Origin: Euryarchaeota archaeon UBA605
Lineage (GTDB): Archaea; Thermoplasmatota; Poseidoniia; Poseidoniales; Thalassarchaeaceae
Length of the DNA stretch: 64,000 nucleotides
Direction: 5' to 3'
Assembly: GCA_002504905.1 (NCBI GenBank)
Contig: DATY01000024.1
Span: forward strand, 16,796-80,795
Shown here: positions 54,501-61,344 of the stretch, piece by piece
Layout of the letters: each line of letters begins with the position of its first letter
How positions within the stretch are numbered: the stretch's first letter is position 1
Notes under the pieces: generated by a model
What the model was told of the DNA's origin: nothing
Database searches by the model: none
The model's input: only the letters and a program-made list of their open reading frames with translations
Program-made: the position numbers and the translations under genes

Positions 54501-56479
54501 ATCCACAATTGTTGAGAGATGACCCCCAATCATTCCTTCCTGATGGTTTCGGACCAGTTAATGTAATAATCAGATTCTCAGAGAATCTGCCTCATGAAGG
54601 CTGTGACCCTATAGATCAAGAAATGCTTGATATTTCTGGTGCCTGGGATCCATGTGCACAAGTACTGAATAGTGACCACTATCGTAAGGTATTCCAATAC
54701 AACGGAGAAGGATTTAGCCTGATTGGAGGTACACAGTTATCAGTTGATAATCAGATTGTTTACACTTCAGAAATTGACCAACTGACAGGACAACCTATCG
54801 ATAAACCAATGACAGTAACAGGACAATTGGTTGATGAATTAAATACAAATTTGTCTAATCGACCTATTCAAGTTCAATATGAAATGGTAGGTACTGACTT
54901 GGGCGTTAAAGCTTGTAATGGAGGAGTTACCGATTCTAACGGATTCTTCTCAATAATTTGTCCATTAAATGATATTCAAGCCGGTCAAGCAAAAGTTACT
55001 GTGAATTATTATTCATACGAGACTGGAGACCAATATAGATACAAAAACTCCAGCATCACTAAGTTCTTCCCAGTATTTTCTAATTCAACAATGACTGTAC
55101 AAGAAATCGGACCCTTCCGAACTGATATAGATACATTCAGATTTGAGAATGGATCTGTATTCCCTGTACTATACTTGAAAGAATCATTCCACATTGATGC
55201 AATGTTAACCCAGGTTAATGGTAACCCTGTAGGTGGCAAATGTCTCAACATATACTTAGATCCAGAGACAAACACTAGGCCCTTTGCCACAGCAATTACT
55301 CAAGATGGAACTGGAGAGATTGAATGGTATTCAGGAGATCCAGAAGATAATCCAAGTAGAAAAGGTGTTGAACCAAGTGGTCAGAAATTAGAAGGATTTA
55401 GAACAGTTAGAATTGCATATGAACCAACAAAGGAATTACCTGGAGGTTGTAAAGCAGAAACAACCCCTGTAGTAAACGGTTCATATGAAGATATAGAAGT
55501 TCTAGTCCGAAGTAAAGTGGATATTTTGTTGAAAGATCATTGGGCAAAGGCTGAAGGATACCAAGAGGGAGATGTAGTGACCGGTAAAGTATCTATTCTA
55601 AGAGATAGACTTGATGTTTCTGTAGAAGGCGAAACTGTAATTTTCACTTTCCAATACTGGAATGGAACTGGCTATGTAACAAATAATGTTGAGTATTCCG
55701 TAACCAATGAAAAAGGTGAAGCAAATTTCAGCTTTATCTACAGTGGTAAAGAAGTTCCTGGTGAAACTAAAGGAAACGAACTTGCGATAAACGGGCAGTG
55801 GAGAGTCTTGGTTCACTTCCAAGAATCGGCTTTCTTCCAAGAAGAGTTCTTGAATAGTACTCCTACAATCAGGCTTGGAGAATTAGATGCTTCTGGTGAT
55901 ACAGATTTCTGGACTTTTAGAGTTATTACAGTACTTGGAATTGTAATGTCATTTATGCTATTAATCGGTGCAATAATGTATAGAAATTATAATGAAAGAA
56001 GAAGAATCGAGATTATTCGCGGTATCCTAACTGATTCGTTAATGTCTCTAAAGGCTTCTAATGATTATATTGCAACAATATTTGACTGTTACAAGCAATT
56101 AGTCAGATTCTTTAGAAGTAAGGGGGCAATGAAAAAGGTTTACGAAACTACCAGAGAATTCGAAGATGCGGTACATACAATGTTAGGAGGAATCACTCCT
56201 CCAGAGGATTTAGATACACTATTCTCAATATTTGAGGAGGCAAGATATTCTGATCATGAGATTGGTGCTGATCAAAGAGACCGAGCAATGGAAGCTTTAC
56301 AATCAATTATCAACCATTTGAGTAATTCGCTTGGTGAAAGTATGTTGAATCGTACGTCATCAACTGAATCAGGATTGTATGGTTCAGTTATTAAGGCAGG
56401 TTCATTCATTGATTCAGAAGGACAGACAAGAATTGCAGGTATTGACGATGACGATGAAAGAGACGGTTTCTCGTTATAA
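48509..56479 (+). CDS. Giant surface protein: N-terminal anchor/signal, ~30 thrombospondin-type-3-like Ca-binding repeats, cupredoxin-like module, beta-sandwich stalk, TM helix, cytoplasmic DUF4129-like domain
   Basis: N-terminal hydrophobic segment SIVAALMVFIMLFSTQMYSF. It has many DxDxDGxxDxxD / DDDNDG units. Repeated stalk units resemble prealbumin-like/CarboxypepD_reg folds (..VLTDADGNFVVG.., ..VTDLNGVFKINL.., ..VTDSNGFFSIIC..). The C-terminal TM segment is VITVLGIVMSFMLLIGAIMY, followed by YETTREFEDAV...FEEARYSDHEI. ATG at 48509; the track uses GTG at 48500. Confidence 0.85.
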   Translation: MKGKLQENISLEGSKKSIVAALMVFIMLFSTQMYSFQDFEPYSDEESEWGPVIKRTAFQQIDVSDGPMAEFNEMQPGAENPFSHPAFNDPMYHDPLSVYGKVSDPAALAIDPSYGFLLEETDTEDHDNDGISDLNDLDDDNDGISDLIERFDGCYGTDPFDHDNDGIQDEFDWDDDNDGLLEGPIDWSQGADPKNNTEDRYVIPTTIHPWTQTIVGTGYRIDQNLLDHDNDGITDEDIDGTGKGSYDEDDDNDGRIDQFTWPCDFDSDGIQDYFDLDDDGDSVPDLWDSHPWNSQITSNITENNLWSDWVEWDSGPTTFFVNINNAGLTPENITIETGDIITWFNADVEDHSVQAQGNVFSSPIITANGGVWSFQFNSTANITYQNLGLSGSTQGNITVTQSSFTGSDYYGQYIGGIDFVEREKAWHPKVQAFSNIFDGDLDGDGIPNFLDPDNDNDGSPDSSDTDDDNDGLADMYDVDDDNDGILDTCLQTDTNLDAAGDYPIPNQPFYDGSIMTPGIDCEIDYDRDLDDDRYRVIDQDYDLIWDWLDTDLGGVPIPDNTVGGTLTDASDLPWDLDNDGEINEEDIFPTVPQSTVDTWDCPSLANPNPSNPDDNCYLMRKSYTGFNDWDEDGINNWDDIDDDNDGILDWLDIDDNCDLDDDNDLHLLNGSKYRDDGPNDIDTDVDGDGLPNDEDWDDDNDGISDYYDPDDGNCGIQDLDATDPYDNSYPTNDGDLLDGSSDDQLYAFAIVYEMYWNQTWMFNPFTSENGFVLDYNGFDEANPTVSGQIPELYWHVIQKWSPYNGDNHFDIDIDGDSLINGIDVDQDGDGLPDWWDQDEGNDGVLDVNDIKMGGSFDDNTCGATLFWIYVPQQPQAIDHECGIFYAWYFGAPLVTPTRANQIEYTYPYSTRADPDYSDGAYNGSNSQGQWTCNKNCFHFTFDPQSGVSPTAAVTYNQMKDNRDLWIAYIGLSFGFFQWTADSNANFFPDERADLLNNDVDPDDDCGAPVTGNMEPQCLFNDTADLDDDFDGIYDHWDIDDDSDGIWDYFEVDSNDDLDDDTGTIPPGNFYTGSNCEDNDDDGTDTDPDEDGWFQAVHDKGVLGQGLLNPKYYDVDNDNDGVPDGEDPDDDNNGVLDTDQELLCFIGEEQMTWDHDNDGIVNWMDDDWDGDGRSNLIELNTATPFISAWDHDNDGLRDDIDLDDDSDGMKDEDEVMLWPSRYGSESTNPWDHDDFGGGEGIANPSDPNTGPDAIDEDDDNDSRIDADWDQLEEQNGSSSDWDSDNDGILDEDDKIPTRITLTSPDVLWLDNLYAAKFNGTVSWLDLDQGVFAPAENLPVQVHIAWTRNGTSAVETVDVLTDADGNFVVGQFLFPEDLPVGSNTTYHVYAEVTEMFLHDGSTTQPVPTEVRANTTIDYVAWTYFRSDEQPLFVDYKVHYAADWDRGIFDNKLSHAPISFTVHGGPFGNLTHPTVFDGYGYGYRADSGGWVSLSFVQTSGSQGVWKQVQWNSTIDNGPGKVPGAYEEIVWDNTSKSHSVVGLYEYTNTSLPIGDYMFIGESRPDLGGEMPWPYLEGDKTDSFAIRSMHRMYVEADIITPSIRPVYFYDSTQFTGASFGAWRALFHAPSLANAGLEYSEVSLGKQYPMLWDGTPQGLTGEAASLRSFLSSNGTHWFIAMQNGGDFNVPPCGPINPFDPASEIRCEIVPEMFTGETFRVFGTVWNRTMTAWPHDAMALQVDIDGNGVFAGSQETGFARVPDMINGEAVFDYNWTWYSQYPAGVYGIRADFTNSNYYFTGNQSAVLAPTGAYVNVSVIGTTDFQLNNIPRLYRGQNTTIEARVIDNAYQPVRDAPVNYTWSADGTSDVAVTDLNGVFKINLTIDEMHELGNFSLSFTYPGDTYRQGSSSGIDLWVVSRTYIDLQSTTDNRLSSGDIWEFTAQVTDDNRTAAIKDKGELLDGCDENGGEILVILEGVDFEQTVHRQIIKTLCPNAGTINHAMLLDPQLLRDDPQSFLPDGFGPVNVIIRFSENLPHEGCDPIDQEMLDISGAWDPCAQVLNSDHYRKVFQYNGEGFSLIGGTQLSVDNQIVYTSEIDQLTGQPIDKPMTVTGQLVDELNTNLSNRPIQVQYEMVGTDLGVKACNGGVTDSNGFFSIICPLNDIQAGQAKVTVNYYSYETGDQYRYKNSSITKFFPVFSNSTMTVQEIGPFRTDIDTFRFENGSVFPVLYLKESFHIDAMLTQVNGNPVGGKCLNIYLDPETNTRPFATAITQDGTGEIEWYSGDPEDNPSRKGVEPSGQKLEGFRTVRIAYEPTKELPGGCKAETTPVVNGSYEDIEVLVRSKVDILLKDHWAKAEGYQEGDVVTGKVSILRDRLDVSVEGETVIFTFQYWNGTGYVTNNVEYSVTNEKGEANFSFIYSGKEVPGETKGNELAINGQWRVLVHFQESAFFQEEFLNSTPTIRLGELDASGDTDFWTFRVITVLGIVMSFMLLIGAIMYRNYNERRRIEIIRGILTDSLMSLKASNDYIATIFDCYKQLVRFFRSKGAMKKVYETTREFEDAVHTMLGGITPPEDLDTLFSIFEEARYSDHEIGADQRDRAMEALQSIINHLSNSLGESMLNRTSSTESGLYGSVIKAGSFIDSEGQTRIAGIDDDDERDGFSL
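48881..52384 (+). repeat. Coding array of aspartate-rich TSP3-like calcium-binding repeats (GAT/GAC-rich DNA)
   Basis: By eye there are about 30 copies of D-x-D-x-D-G-x-x-D-x-x-D (e.g. DHDNDGISD, DDDNDGISD, DHDNDGIQD, DDDNDGLLE, DNDNDGSPD, DDDSDGMKD, DSDNDGILD). A perfect 23-nt direct repeat GATAATGATGGTATCTCAGATTT occurs at 48887-48909 and 48926-48948, 39 nt apart and in frame. Confidence 0.8.
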
Positions 56480-56519
56480 TTATCTTAATCATAGTCTGTA
56501 ACTAACTTATCCGCCTAAA

Positions 56520-56591
56520 CACCTACCTTGTCCGCAGTGCTACGTTTTCTCCACTTGGCGAGTAGTAGCATTCATAACAGGTAGTCAGGTG
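56520..56591 (+). promoter_or_regulatory. Candidate structured 5' leader / small RNA upstream of the L18e-L13-S9-RpoN operon
   Basis: A GC-richer island in an AT-rich spacer. The inner 8-bp stem pairs 56536-56543 with 56565-56572 (AGTGCTAC/GTAGCATT, one G-U). The outer interrupted helix pairs 56520-56531 with 56577-56591 (4+4+3 bp). The SD-like GAGGGAG (56614-56620) and the ATG (56625) follow. Confidence 0.25.
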
Positions 56592-56624
56592 GCCGCGATA
56601 CCTAAGAAACGTCGAGGGAGTTAT

Positions 56625-56990
56625 ATGAGTAAGAACAATAGAAAGACCAACGCGGCACTAATCGCCTTAATCGGCGATTTAAAGGCCCAGAGCAGGTCAA
56701 CTGGTTCTGCACTATGGCGAGACGTTGCATTGCGTCTGGAAACCAGTCGCAGTAATTGGGCTGAACCAAACCTGAGTCGTCTTTCGCGATACGCAGCTAA
56801 TGAGGACATGGTCCTAATTCCTGGTAAATTACTAGGAAGTGGAGAGGTAGCAGGTAAGCCTAACGTCGCAGCATATAGTGTCAGTTCTGGAGCCCGCTCT
56901 AAAATTGAAGACGCAGGCGGACGTGTAATTACGATTCGTGAACTAATGAATGAAAACCCTGAAGGATCGGGGGTGAGAATCCTTGGATGA
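56625..56990 (+). CDS. rpl18e: Ribosomal protein L18e
   Basis: MSKNNRKTNAALIALIGDLK...WRDVALRL...PGKLLGSGE...AYSVSSGARSKIEDAGG fits archaeal L18e. ATG at 56625, preceded by GAGGGAG. Confidence 0.9.
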   Translation: MSKNNRKTNAALIALIGDLKAQSRSTGSALWRDVALRLETSRSNWAEPNLSRLSRYAANEDMVLIPGKLLGSGEVAGKPNVAAYSVSSGARSKIEDAGGRVITIRELMNENPEGSGVRILG

Positions 56991-57468
56991 ATCAGGAACT
57001 ATAGTATATGATGCTACGGACAAGGTCCTTGGAAGACTTGCTAGTGTGGTTGCAAAACAATTACTTTCTGCCAGAAAAGCAGGAAATCCAGTTAGAATAA
57101 TCGTTCTTAATGCTGAGAATGCAATAGTTTCAGGGCCTAGAACACGCGTTCTAGCAGATTATGATTTTAAGTATAAATTAAATCATCCTCGTAAGGGGCC
57201 ATTTTTCCCTCGAATGCCAGATCAAATCATGAAGCGAACTGTTAGAGGTATGTTACCATATCAAAAAAATAGCAGTGGCCGTAATGCAGTCAGAGATTTG
57301 AGAGTAATGATCGGCTGTCCAGCCAATCTCTCTGGTGAAGATCTGCCTTCAGGTCATACATGGGGGGACACATCTGCTCTGGATCGTCCATTACCAGTTA
57401 AATTTGTAAGACTTGGTGAAATATCATCTTCATTAGGTGTAGACGCGACACGTTGGGGAGGTCAGTGA
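56983..57468 (+). CDS. rpl13: Ribosomal protein uL13
   Basis: [22 protein letters not shown]...[13 protein letters not shown]...[10 protein letters not shown] matches uL13. The only in-frame start is TTG at 56983, which overlaps the L18e stop. Confidence 0.9.
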   Translation: MDESGTIVYDATDKVLGRLASVVAKQLLSARKAGNPVRIIVLNAENAIVSGPRTRVLADYDFKYKLNHPRKGPFFPRMPDQIMKRTVRGMLPYQKNSSGRNAVRDLRVMIGCPANLSGEDLPSGHTWGDTSALDRPLPVKFVRLGEISSSLGVDATRWGGQ

Positions 57469-57470
57469 AT

Positions 57471-57908
57471 ATGGCTAAAAGAAAAGGTAAAATTTCAGTT
57501 GAAACCAGTGGTAAAAGAAAAACAGCAATAGCACGAGCAACGGTCCGTAAAGGGCAAGGACGTGTTAGAGTTAATAGTCAACCTATCCACATAATGGAAC
57601 CAACTCTTGCACGTCGTAAGGCATTAGAACCAGTCCAAATCGCTGAGGCAATGGGACGTCTAGATGATGTTGATATTGCTATTGATGTTCAAGGCGGAGG
57701 ACAAATGGGTCAAGTAGACGCAATTAGAACTGCAATTGCTCGTGGATTAGTAAAATGGAATGGCGGTGCAGTTGGAGAAGATGAAGAATTAAGAGATGAA
57801 TACTTGAGATTCGATCGTAGCCTTCTTGTTAATGATCCAAGACGTAAAGAACCTAAACATCAAATGGGCCGTGGTGCTCGTGCCAAATGGCAAAAATCAT
57901 ACAGATGA
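57471..57908 (+). CDS. rps9: Ribosomal protein uS9
   Basis: Matches [13 protein letters not shown] and [19 protein letters not shown], with the C-terminal [13 protein letters not shown] at 57471, 3 nt after the L13 stop. Confidence 0.9.
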   Translation: MAKRKGKISVETSGKRKTAIARATVRKGQGRVRVNSQPIHIMEPTLARRKALEPVQIAEAMGRLDDVDIAIDVQGGGQMGQVDAIRTAIARGLVKWNGGAVGEDEELRDEYLRFDRSLLVNDPRRKEPKHQMGRGARAKWQKSYR

Positions 57909-57919
57909 GGTGAAAAGAT

Positions 57920-58123
57920 ATGTTGATACCAGTCCGTTGTTGGAGTTGTGGGAAAGTAATTGCTCACAAATACGAAGAATACAAAGAAGCAGTAGTAAAT
58001 GGAGAAGATGCCAAAGTTGTCTTAGATAATTTAGGTATGGAAAGATATTGCTGCCGTAGAATGTTTGTCGCTCATATCGATCTAATCGATGAAGTTGCAC
58101 CATTCAGCGTAGCCCGTGAGTGA
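57920..58123 (+). CDS. rpoN: RNA polymerase subunit N (Rpo10/RpoN)
   Basis: MLIPVRCWSCGKVIAHKYEEY...LGMERYCCRRMFVAHIDLID is the canonical Rpb10/RpoN zinc-bundle sequence. Confidence 0.9.
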   Translation: MLIPVRCWSCGKVIAHKYEEYKEAVVNGEDAKVVLDNLGMERYCCRRMFVAHIDLIDEVAPFSVARE

Positions 58124-58174
58124 GTTTACACTTAGGTTAGGGCTTTGAACTCAAAGAACCCCCTTGAATACATA

Positions 58175-58252
58175 GGGCCTGTAGGTTAGCTTGGTCTATA
58201 CTTCGCGGCTGGGGGTCGCGCGACCCAGGTTCAAATCCTGGCTGGCCCACCA
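58175..58252 (+). tRNA. tRNA-Pro (anticodon GGG), CCA encoded
   Basis: Sequence GGGCCTGTAGGTTAGCTTGGTCTATACTTCGCGGCTGGGGGTCGCGCGACCCAGGTTCAAATCCTGGCTGGCCCACCA. The anticodon stem is CGCGG/TCGCG (one G-U) with loop CTGGGGG. The T-arm is CCAGG-TTCAAAT-CCTGG. The acceptor stem GGGCCTG/CTGGCCC has a T-T mismatch at pair 6-67. A T4 run follows. Confidence 0.85.
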
Positions 58253-58328
58253 TTTTCCCTCAGCTTATGCAAGACTTTTCTGACATCTCAATACGCATAT
58301 TCAAGTCGCACCCCCCCTCTCATTAGAC

Positions 58329-60458
58329 ATGGTTGATGGCCGTCCGTCAGGCGATGATAAGCGAGAGCTTGTTTCTTGGCTTGTTAAGCAAATTTCATAT
58401 CATTCTGATTTATACTATAACAAAGCCACACCAGAAATTTCTGATGCAGAATTTGACTCTCTATGGTCCGAATTGAAAAGATTAGATCCGCAAAATACTC
58501 AGCTTCAGATGGTTGGTTCTGACTCAGTACCTGGTAGTGAAAAAGTAACTCATTTGTTTCCAATGCGTAGTTTAGATAAAGCGACTACAATTAAGGAAAT
58601 ATATCATTTTGTATCTGAAACTACCGTAAATGGTAGACAGTTTGTTTGCCAGCCTAAACTAGATGGTTCCGCCCTTTCTATTGAGTATAGGAGAGGCAGA
58701 TTAGTCAGAGCAGCAACTAGAGGCAATGGAACGAGAGGTGAGGATGTTACTGCTAATGCTAGGAGAATCCCTAATATTCCTGAAACTATTAATTGGGAGG
58801 GAGATTGTCATATCAGAGGTGAAGTAGTAATGCCATTATCCATATTCCAACATAAGTATTCATTGATTGCACCAAACCCTCGTAATCTTGCTGCAGGATG
58901 CCTTAGGCAGAAAACAAAAGATTCGGGTAAAGCAAAGCCAGAAGATTTAATTTTTCTAGCTTATGATGTTAAATTTCCAGACATAAATTCCAAACATCCG
59001 GACAGTCCAAGTCCACCTGAATTTATTTTTGATTCTGATTCCAATGATTGGCTCTCGTCCATAGGAATACAAATAGCAGGAAATACAGTAGTTAAAGCAG
59101 AAGATTCTACCCAAATTACAGAGAAGATTTCTTCAATTACTGATTTTTGGACAAGAAAAAGAGATAGTATTGAATGGGAAATAGATGGAGTTGTAATTAA
59201 GCTAGATTTAATCTCGAAAAGAGAATTCCTTGGAATGACTGCACACCATCCTCGTTGGGCTCTAGCATGGAAATTCCCTCCAGAGGAAGCCAATACAATC
59301 CTAATGGGTGTAGATTGGCAAGTAGGCCGAACCGGAACAATTACTCCCGTTGCAAGAGTTGCTCCGGTTACCGTTTCCGGAGTTACTGTTGAGAATGTTA
59401 CTTTGCATAATCCGGGGGAAGTCAATAGATTACAAATTGCAATTGGAGACAAAGTAAAGATTGTAAGAAGAGGAGATGTAATACCAAAGATAGTAGAAGT
59501 AATCGGTAAAGCAACAAAGTCAGATATTGAAGGTAGAATACATTCAGATGGCTCAAGATTCAATGAAGACTTACCCACTTATTCAAAAATAATTATTCCA
59601 ACTTTGTGTCCTAGGTGTGATACACACTTGATCAAAGAGGGGGCATTCATTAGATGTACAAATTTAAACTGTCCATCACGAATTGAGAGAACTATCCTTT
59701 ACTGGGCGAGATCATTGGAGATGGATGGTATCGGAGAGAAATTAGTTCAACAGCTATGTTCAGAAGGTCTTGTGAAATCTTTGCCGGATATATATGACTT
59801 GAAAATTAGTGATATTTCAAATCTTGAAAGAATGGGTGTTAAGTCTGCAACCAATGTAATTAGAGAACTAGAATCTAGTAAGAAAATATCTCTTAGTATG
59901 TTTCTTTCAGCTCTCGGAATTCCAGGGATAGGTCCCGAATTAGCAACATCAATAGCAAATAAGGTTAAATCAATGGAGAATCTTTTAGATTTAGTCTTAA
60001 TGAGGGATGAAAAAATTGAACAAAATAATTCTTCAGTAAATCAACTCATTGAAATTGATGGAATAGGGGAAAAGGTTGCAAACCAGATTCTAGATGGATT
60101 AGCAATAAGGATGGATACTGTACAAAGACTTCAAACACATCTAGAGATCTATTCGGAAACAATGCCATTAACAAATGGTTCTTTGACTGGAAAAACATTC
60201 TGTATAACTGGAACTTTGACGCGTTCCCGTAAAGAAATCGTACTTTTGATAAAATCTAATGGAGGGAAGGTTGTGAGTTCTGTATCTAAGAATTTAAACT
60301 ACCTAGTAGCTGGTGAATCTGCAGGTTCAAAACTAGAAAATGCTAATAGATTAGGAGTCCAAATAATCTCTGAGAGCCAGCTAAATGAGATATTAGAGGT
60401 AGAGAATATATCTATTGGTATTGAAGAGAGCCCTCAAAAATCCCTGATGGACTTTTAA
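58329..60458 (+). CDS. ligA: NAD+-dependent DNA ligase (bacterial LigA type), full length
   Basis: Ia domain YHSDLYYNKATPEISDAEFDSLWSEL. The adenylation lysine is in CQPKLDGSALSIEY. It also has the OB fold, the Zn finger CPRCDTHLIKEGAFIRCTNLNCP, HhH repeats (GIPGIGPELA ; IDGIGEKVA) and the BRCT domain GKTFCITGTL...YLVAGESAGSKLENA. Confidence 0.9.
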   Translation: MVDGRPSGDDKRELVSWLVKQISYHSDLYYNKATPEISDAEFDSLWSELKRLDPQNTQLQMVGSDSVPGSEKVTHLFPMRSLDKATTIKEIYHFVSETTVNGRQFVCQPKLDGSALSIEYRRGRLVRAATRGNGTRGEDVTANARRIPNIPETINWEGDCHIRGEVVMPLSIFQHKYSLIAPNPRNLAAGCLRQKTKDSGKAKPEDLIFLAYDVKFPDINSKHPDSPSPPEFIFDSDSNDWLSSIGIQIAGNTVVKAEDSTQITEKISSITDFWTRKRDSIEWEIDGVVIKLDLISKREFLGMTAHHPRWALAWKFPPEEANTILMGVDWQVGRTGTITPVARVAPVTVSGVTVENVTLHNPGEVNRLQIAIGDKVKIVRRGDVIPKIVEVIGKATKSDIEGRIHSDGSRFNEDLPTYSKIIIPTLCPRCDTHLIKEGAFIRCTNLNCPSRIERTILYWARSLEMDGIGEKLVQQLCSEGLVKSLPDIYDLKISDISNLERMGVKSATNVIRELESSKKISLSMFLSALGIPGIGPELATSIANKVKSMENLLDLVLMRDEKIEQNNSSVNQLIEIDGIGEKVANQILDGLAIRMDTVQRLQTHLEIYSETMPLTNGSLTGKTFCITGTLTRSRKEIVLLIKSNGGKVVSSVSKNLNYLVAGESAGSKLENANRLGVQIISESQLNEILEVENISIGIEESPQKSLMDF

Positions 60459-61265
60459 TTAACCATACATGTTTGAACTTTCATTAGTTGCCTGTTCAGC
60501 ACTTGGATTTAGTTGTAAAGCCATCATTTCCCGTATTTGTTCCTCTATTCTTTGCGCTTCAATTAATAACGGCTCAGAATCCAAATATATTGCAGGAAGT
60601 AATTTATCAAGGCAATTTATTATTCTTGCTGCAGCTCTAGAATCAGGGATCGTACCATTTCCAAATTCACCAGAAGCTTCCGCCAGCATTGCAACAGTGT
60701 TCACAGATTTTCTTCTACTTTCACCCATCATTACCCCTGTCATTCCTCCAATAATTCCTTGTTTTAGAAGTGGAACATTTAATTCCTTCAATATTTTATG
60801 AGAATCTTCTATAGAACCAATGCCTAATAGCGACCCATCTGAATCATCTTCATCAAAAATTGTATGTTTATTTTCCACACCTGGTGAATAGGCATCAATC
60901 ATAATTGTAGCACTAGCATTAGATTTTTTAATCCAGTCAATTAAGGCACCAGATAATGGTAAGCACAAATCCGCAGGAACTTGGATTTCAGATGCAATGA
61001 GTACAACTTTATTGCATTCTTCCATATTACAAATAGGCTCCCCAGCATAAAATCTCAAAGGAGGTAAAGGCATTCCTTCTTGGACTAGACAAACTGCAGG
61101 AAGAGATGGATGTCGTACGCCACCAACCAATTTCAAATTTAATTTATCCACTAGATAGTGTGCAACAATACTGCTAACAAATCCTAGTGATGGAAAGCAA
61201 TTGACTACTAGCGCTCCTGTAATATCAATTTCAGAATCAAACTGTATCTCCGGTTGTGACGTCAT
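60459..61265 (-). CDS. PAC2-family proteasome assembly chaperone-like protein (COG1938)
   Basis: GALVVNCFPSLGFVSSIVAHYLVDKLNLKLVGGV...LPPLRFYAG resembles the archaeal PAC2/PbaA-B N-terminal pattern. 268 aa. Confidence 0.65.
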   Translation of the reverse strand: MTSQPEIQFDSEIDITGALVVNCFPSLGFVSSIVAHYLVDKLNLKLVGGVRHPSLPAVCLVQEGMPLPPLRFYAGEPICNMEECNKVVLIASEIQVPADLCLPLSGALIDWIKKSNASATIMIDAYSPGVENKHTIFDEDDSDGSLLGIGSIEDSHKILKELNVPLLKQGIIGGMTGVMMGESRRKSVNTVAMLAEASGEFGNGTIPDSRAAARIINCLDKLLPAIYLDSEPLLIEAQRIEEQIREMMALQLNPSAEQATNESSNMYG

Positions 61266-61344
61266 TGCTAGATAGTAATAGCCGGTGGTGTTAATCCTTA
61301 TGACGCCACGAGCGTAACATCAGACAGTCAGGGGTGTTGTAATA

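Noticed and set aside
58961-59578. 205-aa ORF antisense to ligA. It is the longest shadow ORF in the window.
   Set aside because: The ligA motifs (OB fold, Zn finger) run continuously through this region on the plus strand. The antisense product has no motifs and low-complexity Ser/Thr/Ile content.
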